From contig NZ_CP011041.1 of NCBI RefSeq assembly GCF_002310835.1, positions 1,080,001-1,112,000 on the forward strand: 32,000 nt of DNA. The letters run 5' to 3'. Origin of the DNA: Pseudoalteromonas tetraodonis. GTDB lineage: Bacteria > Pseudomonadota > Gammaproteobacteria > Enterobacterales > Alteromonadaceae. Under the pieces are notes generated by a model. The model saw only the letters and a program-made list of their open reading frames with translations. It was not told the DNA's origin and searched no databases. Below, in pieces: positions 18,825 through 26,703 of the stretch (its first letter is position 1; each line of letters starts with the position of its first letter). A program made the translations under genes and the position numbers.

Positions 18825-19047
18825 TTTGCTTTGGCCACTTAATTGAAGTCAAATAATTCGTGTTCGTTATCTGGTCATTGTATTTTATAGCAACGCAAAT
18901 GCATAGACCCTGTAAAAAGAAACTCAATAAGCAGCACTTCAGCACTGTATTGTATGCCACCATTTACGGTATACTATTTTCAATTGAATTTTAATAACAT
19001 CGACCTTATTAATAGAGTTGATATAAACGTCTTTTCGGAACCGTTAC

Positions 19048-20427
19048 ATGTTTGAGAACCTCCAAGAACGATTAGGTAAAACCCTAAAAAATATTAGTGG
19101 CCGTGGTCGCTTAACTGAAGACAACATTAAAGATACACTTCGTGAAGTGCGAATGGCATTTTTAGAAGCCGATGTGGCGTTGCCTGTTGTTCGCGAGTTT
19201 GTAAAGCAAGTTAAAGAGCGTGCGGTTGGTGTTGAAGTCACCAAAAGCTTGAGCCCTGGCCAAGTATTTATAAAAATTGTTCGTGAAGAACTTGAAAAAG
19301 CCATGGGTGAAGCTAACGAAGAGCTAAGCCTTAACGCACAGCCGCCAGCGGTAGTGATGATGGCTGGTCTTCAAGGTGCGGGTAAAACCACCAGTGTGGG
19401 TAAGCTGGCTAAGTTTTTAAAAGAGCGCAAGAAGAAGTCTGTGCTAGTGGTGAGTGCCGATGTGTATCGTCCAGCGGCAATTAAGCAATTAGAAACCTTA
19501 GCAACAGAAGTTAATGTAGAATTTTTCCCAAGTGATATTTCGCAAAAACCAGTTGATATTGCAACTGCCGCCATTTCTCATGCGAAAAAGAAATTTATTG
19601 ATGTTGTATTAGTCGATACTGCGGGTCGTTTGCATGTTGATAGCGACATGATGGATGAAATTAAAGCCTTGCATCATGCAATTAATCCAATCGAAACGCT
19701 ATTCGTTGTTGATGCAATGACAGGTCAAGATGCGGCAAATACAGCAAAAGCATTTGACGAAGCTTTACCGCTGACCGGTGTGATACTGACTAAAACAGAT
19801 GGTGATGCCCGAGGTGGTGCTGCTTTATCTATTCGTCATATTACTGGTAAGCCAATTAAATTTATGGGTGTGGGTGAGCGCACTGATGCCCTTGAGCCTT
19901 TCCACCCAGACCGAATTGCTTCACGTATTTTAGGCATGGGTGATGTACTTTCATTAATCGAAGAAGTCGAGATGAAAGTAGACAAAGAACAAGCGGCAAA
20001 AGTAGCACAAAAAGTATTTAAAGGTGATGGCTTTACGCTGGATGACTTTGCTGATCAATTAAAGCAAATGAAAAACATGGGTGGCATGATGTCGATGCTC
20101 GATAAACTGCCTGGCATGCAAAACATCCCAGATGCGGTTAAAGGGCAAATGGGTGATAAAACCTTTATTCAAATGGAAGCGATTATTAGCTCTATGACCA
20201 AAAAAGAGCGTGCACGCCCAGAAATCATCAAAGGTTCGCGTAAAAAGCGTATTGCTGCGGGCTCTGGTACGCAAGTACAAGAGATCAATAAACTGCTTAA
20301 GCAATTTACGCAAATGCAAAAAATGATGAAGAAGATGAAAGGTAAAGGTGGCATGCAAAAAATGATGCGTGGCATGAAAGGGATGTTACCACCTGGCATG
20401 ATGGGTGGCGGTGGTCCAAAATTTTAA
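19048..20427 (+). CDS. ffh: signal recognition particle protein Ffh
   Basis: 459 aa. N-terminus near-identical to E. coli Ffh (MFENLQERLGKTLKNISGRGRLTEDN), GLQGAGKTT, DTAGR, TKTDGDARGG, and a Met-rich M domain. Confidence 0.98.
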   Translation: MFENLQERLGKTLKNISGRGRLTEDNIKDTLREVRMAFLEADVALPVVREFVKQVKERAVGVEVTKSLSPGQVFIKIVREELEKAMGEANEELSLNAQPPAVVMMAGLQGAGKTTSVGKLAKFLKERKKKSVLVVSADVYRPAAIKQLETLATEVNVEFFPSDISQKPVDIATAAISHAKKKFIDVVLVDTAGRLHVDSDMMDEIKALHHAINPIETLFVVDAMTGQDAANTAKAFDEALPLTGVILTKTDGDARGGAALSIRHITGKPIKFMGVGERTDALEPFHPDRIASRILGMGDVLSLIEEVEMKVDKEQAAKVAQKVFKGDGFTLDDFADQLKQMKNMGGMMSMLDKLPGMQNIPDAVKGQMGDKTFIQMEAIISSMTKKERARPEIIKGSRKKRIAAGSGTQVQEINKLLKQFTQMQKMMKKMKGKGGMQKMMRGMKGMLPPGMMGGGGPKF

Positions 20428-20470
20428 TAATTTAACCTTTAATACCTCCAATACGAGATAAAAAGTAATC

Positions 20471-20500
20471 AATAAAGAGGCAAAATGCCTCTTTATTGTT
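20471..20500 (+). terminator. intrinsic terminator after ffh
   Basis: AATAAAGAGGCA, AAA loop, TGCCTCTTTATT (perfect 12-bp stem), then GTT. Confidence 0.7.
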
Positions 20501-20593
20501 GAATAAACTATGCACAGAATAGCTTATTCATATACTTTTTCATCTTGGATCACGGTTTAATCTACTAAACTGCCTTTTTGCATCACTTCTTAC

Positions 20594-20621
20594 TTGCATT
20601 GTTGCTAAAAACTCGTACAAT
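20594..20621 (+). promoter_or_regulatory. putative sigma-70 promoter of the rpsP-rimM-trmD-rplS operon
   Basis: TTGCAT (20594-20599), 16 nt, TACAAT (20616-20621). Lies ~70 nt upstream of rpsP. Confidence 0.5.
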
Positions 20622-20688
20622 TCACCGGCTCCCTATACTGGGGAGTAAATCTTATTAATGAAAACAGTCAATCTATTTAGAGGACGGT

Positions 20689-20937
20689 ATGGTAACTATT
20701 CGTTTGCAACGTGGTGGCGCTAAAAAACGCCCTTTCTATCAAATTGTGGTTGCGGATAGCCGTTTCTCGCGTGACGGTCGCTTCATCGAGAAAGTAGGTT
20801 TCTTTAACCCAATCGCTTCAGGTCAAGAAGAAAAACTTCGTTTAGATTTACCACGTGTTGAGCACTGGTTAGGTCAAGGCGCAGGTCTTTCAGATCGTGT
20901 AGCTAAATTAGTTAAAGACGCTCGTAAAGCGGCTTAA
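20689..20937 (+). CDS. rpsP: 30S ribosomal protein S16
   Basis: 82 aa, [25 protein letters not shown]. Confidence 0.97.
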   Translation: MVTIRLQRGGAKKRPFYQIVVADSRFSRDGRFIEKVGFFNPIASGQEEKLRLDLPRVEHWLGQGAGLSDRVAKLVKDARKAA

Positions 20938-20954
20938 TAGGCGTAAGTGTAACC

Positions 20955-21491
20955 ATGAGTCAAGAGAACACCTCATCAATAATTGTCGTAGGAAAGCTCG
21001 GCGCCCCATATGGTATAAAGGGCTGGCTTAAGGTGCATTCATTTACTGATGATCCCCAAGGGATCTTCGATTTCAGCCCGTGGTTGATAGGGCAGCAAGG
21101 TAAATGGCAATCCTTAGAAGTGGTCGACTGGCGTCGCCACAACAAAGGCTTTATCGCTAAGTTTGCGCAAGTAAACGACAGAGACCAAGCAATGGCTTAT
21201 ACCAATGTTGAAATTTCTGTGGATTCAGCGCAGCTACCAGAATTACCGCAAGGTGAATTCTATTGGCGAGATCTCATTGGCATGTCGGTTGTAACTGATA
21301 AAGGTTATAACTTAGGCATTGTTGATGACCTTATGGAGACAGGCTCAAATGACGTACTGGTTGTGAAAGCAAACAGTAAAGATGCATTTGGCCAAGCAGA
21401 ACGTTTAATTCCTTTTTTAACTGATTCAGTTATTCAAGAGGTTAAATATGATGCGAAAGAAATTACTGTAGATTGGGATCCAAGCTTTTAA
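20955..21491 (+). CDS. rimM: ribosome maturation factor RimM
   Basis: 178 aa, [15 protein letters not shown]. Conserved operon position. Confidence 0.95.
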   Translation: MSQENTSSIIVVGKLGAPYGIKGWLKVHSFTDDPQGIFDFSPWLIGQQGKWQSLEVVDWRRHNKGFIAKFAQVNDRDQAMAYTNVEISVDSAQLPELPQGEFYWRDLIGMSVVTDKGYNLGIVDDLMETGSNDVLVVKANSKDAFGQAERLIPFLTDSVIQEVKYDAKEITVDWDPSF

Positions 21492-22258
21492 TGAGTCAAA
21501 CAAGTTCGTTGTGGGTAGGGGTTATCAGCCTTTTCCCGGATATGTTTGATGCAATTACAACGCAAGGTGTAACCGGTCGCGCTGTTAAAAAGGGTTTAAT
21601 CGACTTTAACTGCTGGAATCCACGAGACTATGCAACTGATAAGCATAGAACCGTAGATGATCGTCCTTACGGGGGCGGGCCAGGCATGTTAATGATGGTT
21701 GAGCCGCTTAAACAAGCCATTCTTGAAGCCAAACAGGCTGCAGGGGATGGTGCAAAAGTAATTTATATGTCGCCACAAGGGCGCAAACTAGATCAGCAAG
21801 GGGCTAGCGAACTCGCAAGCTCTGAAAAACTGATTTTAATTGCCGGTCGCTATGAAGGTATAGACGAGAGAATAATAGAATCGTACGTTGACGAAGAATG
21901 GTCAATTGGTGATTTTATTTTGAGTGGAGGTGAACTACCTGCCATGACATTAATTGACGCAGTAGCTCGATTAGTGCCAGGGGTGTTAGGACACAACCAG
22001 TCAGCAGAGCAAGATTCATTTTCGGATGGCTTGCTAGATTGTCCTCACTATACACGGCCAGAAACATTGGACGACAAACAGGTGCCTGCTGTATTACTCA
22101 GCGGAAACCACCAAGAGATAGCAAAATGGCGGCTTATGCAGTCATTAGGTAGAACTTGGCTTCGCCGTCCTGACTTGTTGCATAACCTAGCTCTGACTGA
22201 GGAGCAAGCGGTATTACTCGCGAAATTTCAGCAAGAGTACCAAAAAGCTTGTGGCTAG
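21491..22258 (+). CDS. trmD: tRNA (guanine37-N1)-methyltransferase TrmD
   Basis: I place the start at ATG 21491, overlapping the rimM stop (TAATG). This gives 255 aa, collinear with E. coli TrmD ([23 protein letters not shown]). The track start at 21473 is less likely. Confidence 0.93.
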   Translation: MSQTSSLWVGVISLFPDMFDAITTQGVTGRAVKKGLIDFNCWNPRDYATDKHRTVDDRPYGGGPGMLMMVEPLKQAILEAKQAAGDGAKVIYMSPQGRKLDQQGASELASSEKLILIAGRYEGIDERIIESYVDEEWSIGDFILSGGELPAMTLIDAVARLVPGVLGHNQSAEQDSFSDGLLDCPHYTRPETLDDKQVPAVLLSGNHQEIAKWRLMQSLGRTWLRRPDLLHNLALTEEQAVLLAKFQQEYQKACG

Positions 22259-22291
22259 AAGACAGTTACACCTAGGAAAGTGAGAAACATA

Positions 22292-22651
22292 ATGGCAAAA
22301 GTAAACCAAAATATTATTAAAGCGCTTGAAGAAGAGCAGCTTAAAACAGACGTACCTGCATTCGGCGCTGGTGATACAGTAGTTGTACAGGTAAAAGTAA
22401 AAGAAGGTGCTAAAGAGCGTCTACAGGCCTTTGAAGGTGTTGTAATCGCTAAGCGTAATCGTGGTCTTCACTCAGCATTCACAGTTCGTAAAATCTCGAA
22501 CGGTGAAGGTGTTGAGCGTGTATTCCAAACGCACAGCCCTCTTATTGATAGCGTAACAGTTAAGCGTCGCGGTGCGGTTCGTCGTGCTAAGCTTTACTAT
22601 CTACGTGAGCGTTCAGGTAAATCTGCACGTATTAGAGAAAAACTTAACTAA
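22292..22651 (+). CDS. rplS: 50S ribosomal protein L19
   Basis: 119 aa from ATG 22292 ([30 protein letters not shown]), which matches the L19 N-terminus. The GTG at 22280 is an unsupported extension. Confidence 0.93.
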   Translation: MAKVNQNIIKALEEEQLKTDVPAFGAGDTVVVQVKVKEGAKERLQAFEGVVIAKRNRGLHSAFTVRKISNGEGVERVFQTHSPLIDSVTVKRRGAVRRAKLYYLRERSGKSARIREKLN

Positions 22652-22675
22652 TACGCGCTGTTTATCAACGCAAAA

Positions 22676-22716
22676 AAACGGGTTGCAACCTTTGGGTTGC
22701 AACCCGTTTTGGTTTT
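22676..22716 (+). terminator. intrinsic terminator after rplS
   Basis: ACGGGTTGCAACC (22678-22690), TTTG loop, GGTTGCAACCCGT (22695-22707), TTTTGGTTTT. Confidence 0.85.
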
Positions 22717-22843
22717 AATGCTATTGCAATTTTTATATCGCTACATTTAAAAACCAATACACACCTTAACCAGCATGCGTTAAAGTGTGGTTCACTTCAA
22801 AGCACAATATCTTCTCACTTCTTGCAAAAAATGATGTACAAAA

Positions 22844-23713
22844 ATGAATGATAAAACGATAGTTACGCACAACGGCAATTTTCATGCAGATGATGTTTTT
22901 AGTATCGCTGCGCTTAAAATTATTTTCCCTTCTTTTACCCTTATCCGCACACGCGATAATGCGATTATTAATGACGCTGATGTGGTTATTGATGTTGGCG
23001 GCCAATATGACCCAGAAACTGACCGGTTTGATCATCATCAGCGCGGCGGTGCCGGTGCTCGCGAAAATGGGATTCCTTTTTCGTCATTTGGCTTGGTGTG
23101 GAAAAAATATGGCTTAGCAATATGTGATGATAATCAAGATGTGGCGAATGCAGTTGATGCAGGGCTTGTATCAACTATTGATGCCATTGATTGTGGTCAT
23201 GTTGAAGGTGTTGCCACAGGAATTAGTTTAAGCCAAACAATTTCTATGTTTAACCCAACATGGGAAGAAGAAAGTAATTTTGATGCTGCTTTTGATCAAG
23301 CGGTTGAATTTGCACACACTTTGCTGCTTCGTTTTGTTGCCTCAGCGCAGGGTGGTTTAAATGCTAAAAAGATTGTTGCTCAAGCAATTAAACAGGCAGA
23401 CGATCCACGATTAATCGTACTAGAGCGTTATACGCCGTGGAAAAAAACCGTACATAGCTTATCAGAAGAGGCGCTATATGTAGTGTATCCATCGCATTCT
23501 GGTAAGTGGATAGTGCAAACGGTACCTGCAGAGCTAGGCTCGTTTGAAGACCGAAAGCCATTACCTGCACCGTGGGCTGGATTATCTGATAGTGAATTTC
23601 AAGCAGTGACCGGTATAGATGATGCTATGTTTTGCCATAATGGCCTATTTATCGCCGGTGCAGAATCATTTGAAAGTGTTATGTCGCTTGCGACTATGGC
23701 ATTGGAATATTAG
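22844..23713 (+). CDS. MYG1/UPF0160-family metal-dependent hydrolase (exonuclease-like)
   Basis: 289 aa, THNGNFHADDVFSIAAL...DVGGQYDPETDRFDHHQR, typical of the MYG1 family. Confidence 0.85.
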   Translation: MNDKTIVTHNGNFHADDVFSIAALKIIFPSFTLIRTRDNAIINDADVVIDVGGQYDPETDRFDHHQRGGAGARENGIPFSSFGLVWKKYGLAICDDNQDVANAVDAGLVSTIDAIDCGHVEGVATGISLSQTISMFNPTWEEESNFDAAFDQAVEFAHTLLLRFVASAQGGLNAKKIVAQAIKQADDPRLIVLERYTPWKKTVHSLSEEALYVVYPSHSGKWIVQTVPAELGSFEDRKPLPAPWAGLSDSEFQAVTGIDDAMFCHNGLFIAGAESFESVMSLATMALEY

Positions 23714-23725
23714 ATAAAAAGTGCT

Positions 23726-23758
23726 AATTAAAGTGGCTATTAAGCCACTTTAATTTTC
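23726..23758 (+). terminator. intrinsic terminator after the MYG1-family gene
   Basis: AATTAAAGTGGCT, ATTA loop, AGCCACTTTAATT, then TT. Confidence 0.7.
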
Positions 23759-23948
23759 ATTGTTTAAACTCGGCATAGACTTACATTTTTATATGCTTTT
23801 TAATTCACTTTACGCAAGCTGTGCTCTATTCATTTAATTATCCTACCTTGGTCGCAGTTGAGTGACTCATACTGATCTTTTCACTAATTAGCCTTTTAAC
23901 CCCTAACGTATCCTGTTAGTATTTATCGTATTGATTAGTTTACTTTTT

Positions 23949-23966
23949 TGTAATTATTAATTTACG
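23949..23966 (+). promoter_or_regulatory. TyrR-box-like operator upstream of tyrA
   Basis: TGTAAT-TATTAA-TTTACG matches TGTAAA-N6-TTTACA at 10 of 12 positions, ~30 nt upstream of the tyrA GTG. A weaker box (8 of 12) lies at 23927-23944, centre to centre 22 bp. Confidence 0.4.
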
Positions 23967-23994
23967 ATTTTGCTTTTTTGGATGGAATGAGAAC

Positions 23995-25128
23995 GTGGCA
24001 GAGATAAGTGATTTAGCGCAGCTAAGAAAAGGTATAGATGAATGCGATGCGCAACTGGTTGCCTTACTTGCAAAGCGCAATGGTATTACTCAACAAATTG
24101 GCGCAATAAAACAACAAACTGGCGCGCCACTACATGCACCCGATAGAGAAGCTGATTTATTAGCTGCACGACGCCAAGAGGCAATTAATCAAGGTGTAAA
24201 CCCTGATTTAGTCGAAGACATTCTCAGGCGCATGATGCGTGAAGCTTATCAAAATCAACAGGCCAAATTAGCTTGTGCCGACTCACAACTATCTCCGATT
24301 GTCATTGTTGGTGGTGAAGGGGCAATGGGGCAGCTATTTGCAAAACAATTTCAGCGCTCGGGTTACGAAGTTAAAGTTTTAGATAAAGCCCAGCAATCAC
24401 AGGCAGCAGAGATTTTAAAAGGCGCAAAACTGGTGATGATCAGTGTGCCAATTAATGCCCTCGAAACGGTTGTTAACGCGTTACCTAAACTCGATGATGA
24501 TTGTTTGCTGGTTGATATTACATCGGTTAAACAAGCGCCGTTAAATGTGCTCAAAAAAGTTCACAATGGCGCTGTTGTTGGCTTACACCCCATGTTTGGT
24601 CCTGATATTTCTCATTGGGTGAAACAAACCGTGGTGGTATGTGAAGGGCGTAATCCTGAAGTGGCACAAGGTTTATTAAAGCAGCTACAAATTTGGGGCT
24701 GTCAGTTAGTAGAACTTGATGCTAAAAAACACGATGAAGCGATGCAAATCATTCAGGTTATGCGCCATTTAACCACCTTTGTGTACGGTCAGTTTTTAGC
24801 AAAACAAGGACATACACTGGCAGAGCTGCGTAGTTGCTCATCACCTATTTATCAGTTAGAGCTGATGATGGTCGGTCGTCTCTTTGCGCAATCGCCAGAG
24901 TTGTATACTGATATTATGCTGGCGCAATTTGATAATGTAGAAAGCTTATTAGCGCAGTATCAGTGTTTGTTCTCAGAGACGCTTAAAAAGTTAAAAGCAG
25001 GGGATAAGCCAGCCTTAATCGATGCCTTTGCTGATGCAAAAGCCTACTTTTCTGACTCCACAGCGCACTTTTTGACACAAAGTCGCAGTTTATTAAATAA
25101 AGCGAACGACGCCAAAGTACTCGATTAA
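23995..25128 (+). CDS. tyrA: bifunctional chorismate mutase / prephenate dehydrogenase (T-protein)
   Basis: 377 aa, GTG start, collinear with E. coli TyrA (LRKGIDECDAQLVALLAKR, IVIVGGEGAMGQLF). Confidence 0.93.
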   Translation: MAEISDLAQLRKGIDECDAQLVALLAKRNGITQQIGAIKQQTGAPLHAPDREADLLAARRQEAINQGVNPDLVEDILRRMMREAYQNQQAKLACADSQLSPIVIVGGEGAMGQLFAKQFQRSGYEVKVLDKAQQSQAAEILKGAKLVMISVPINALETVVNALPKLDDDCLLVDITSVKQAPLNVLKKVHNGAVVGLHPMFGPDISHWVKQTVVVCEGRNPEVAQGLLKQLQIWGCQLVELDAKKHDEAMQIIQVMRHLTTFVYGQFLAKQGHTLAELRSCSSPIYQLELMMVGRLFAQSPELYTDIMLAQFDNVESLLAQYQCLFSETLKKLKAGDKPALIDAFADAKAYFSDSTAHFLTQSRSLLNKANDAKVLD

Positions 25129-25150
25129 ACGTGACAGATTAATTAAAACG

Positions 25151-25176
25151 AAAAAGGGCCCGCAGGCCCTTTTTTA
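25151..25176. terminator. bidirectional intrinsic terminator shared by convergent tyrA and pheA
   Basis: AAAAAGGGCC, CGCA loop, GGCCCTTTTTT. Confidence 0.85.
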
Positions 25177-25189
25177 ATGTTGCTTTAGG

Positions 25190-26347
25190 CTAGCTTTGTA
25201 CACTCACCGCTTGCAGTGATTCGCTTTGATAACAGCCTAATACGCGTACGTACTGGGTATGCTCTTTAAGCTCTTCTAACGCATGTTTCACTTGGCTATC
25301 AGCAAGGTTCGCTTCTAAATCCACATAGAATACTTCTTCCCATGGATTTCCTGGTACAGGGCGAGACTCTAATTTTACTAGATTTATATTATGCTGTTTA
25401 AAAATCATCAGCGCATCGGCGAGTGAGCCTGCTTGTTGCTTAGTTGCCATAATTAAACTGGTTTTAGTGGGGATTTGTTTAGATACATGTAGCGGTTTAC
25501 GTGCAACCACAATGAAGCGACTATGGTTTTCTTTTTGATTAGCAAGATTGGCCTTAATGACTTCAAGCCCTACATTTTTACCTGCTTGTGCAGAGCCAAT
25601 AGCCGCACTGTTAGGTGTTTCAAGTGCTGATTTTAATGCACTCGATGTTGAATCGCAGGTCTCATGCTGCAAATCGCCAAGCCCTTGTAAAAAACGGCTA
25701 CATTGAGCAAACGGTTGCGGGTGAGCAAACACTTTGGTTAATTGGTTAAGTTCTGTGTCTGGGGCGGCTAATAAACAATGCTCTACGCTGTGAGTGACTT
25801 CGCCGACAATAGAGACTTGCGCGTGCTGGAGTAAATCAAATACTTCATTAATACTGCCTGAGCTGGTATTTTCAATAGGTAACAAGCCAAAGTCGGCTTG
25901 GCCATTTTCTACTTTACCGGTGATCTCATCAAAAGAACTACAGCCAATTTCAATTAATTTGCCTGGTCGGCGACTAAAGTACTTATGACACGCAAGTTGA
26001 CTGTAAGATCCTTGTCCGCCTAAATAGGTCACCCGATGGGTTTCACTTAGCGCATCAGGGTTGAGGTTTTTTTGCAGCATAGCTTGTTGATGTAATACTG
26101 AGTCTTCTAATATGGTTTGAAAAACATTATTTACATAGTAGGCATCTAAACCAAGAGATTTACCATAACCGATTAATTTTTCGAGTAATGCTAATTCACG
26201 TGCTTCATCACGAATTGGTTTATTATTCGCTATCTTATATTCAACAACACCATGGCTAATACGGCGTCGCTTCGCTAATAACACAAGTAGGTCAGAATCG
26301 ATTTCATTTATATCGTGCCTAAGCGTGTCTAAAACATCATTGCTCAT
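25190..26347 (-). CDS. pheA: bifunctional chorismate mutase / prephenate dehydratase (P-protein)
   Basis: 385 aa with chorismate mutase, prephenate dehydratase and ACT domains (ESRPVPGNPWEEVFYVD). GAGGA SD upstream of the ATG. Confidence 0.95.
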   Translation of the reverse strand: MSNDVLDTLRHDINEIDSDLLVLLAKRRRISHGVVEYKIANNKPIRDEARELALLEKLIGYGKSLGLDAYYVNNVFQTILEDSVLHQQAMLQKNLNPDALSETHRVTYLGGQGSYSQLACHKYFSRRPGKLIEIGCSSFDEITGKVENGQADFGLLPIENTSSGSINEVFDLLQHAQVSIVGEVTHSVEHCLLAAPDTELNQLTKVFAHPQPFAQCSRFLQGLGDLQHETCDSTSSALKSALETPNSAAIGSAQAGKNVGLEVIKANLANQKENHSRFIVVARKPLHVSKQIPTKTSLIMATKQQAGSLADALMIFKQHNINLVKLESRPVPGNPWEEVFYVDLEANLADSQVKHALEELKEHTQYVRVLGCYQSESLQAVSVQS

Positions 26348-26393
26348 TTGGTTTTCCTCATTCCAAAAATGTCACTGTATTTAACAGCGTAAA

Positions 26394-26462
26394 CAAAAAA
26401 GCCTCCCAGTTGGGAGGCTTTACTATTCGATTGATTTTATCTCACAAACAGGGAAGCCTCTT
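26394..26462 (-). promoter_or_regulatory. pheA transcription attenuator (antiterminator/terminator alternative structures)
   Basis: Minus-strand terminator AAAGCCTCCC-AACT-GGGAGGCTTTTTT (26394-26421) lies ~45 nt upstream of pheA. Upstream GAGGCTT (26460-26454) can instead pair with AAGCCTC, the left arm of the terminator. Confidence 0.6.
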
Positions 26463-26516
26463 CTATATAAAGAAGCTAAAAAAAGATAAGAAAGTAAGTG
26501 AGTATTTTATATTCAT
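26463..26516 (-). CDS. pheL: pheA leader peptide (Phe-rich), MNIKYSLTFLSFFSFFI
   Basis: 17 codons plus TAG. 5 of the last 9 residues are Phe. Sits immediately upstream of the attenuator hairpins, an arrangement analogous to E. coli pheL. The SD (AAGGG) is rather close to the ATG. Confidence 0.6.
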   Translation of the reverse strand: MNIKYSLTFLSFFSFFI

Positions 26517-26703
26517 GCCCTTAATGTATGAAGAGTAACCTCTAATGTCAACAAGCACTTATATTAAATAGGTTTTTTACCTGATATATATACAAAACAT
26601 ATTGTTTTTTAAAAACTTTACAAATAATTTATAATTCTGATTTGAGATCTGGTATATTTCTACTACTCGCAAAAATAATAATTATAAATAAGGTTGGCCT
26701 TTT

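Noticed and set aside
22766-23038. A 90-aa minus-strand ORF spanning the rplS/MYG1 spacer and the MYG1 start.
   Set aside because: It overlaps the conserved MYG1 N-terminus antisense, has no SD, and has an implausible composition.
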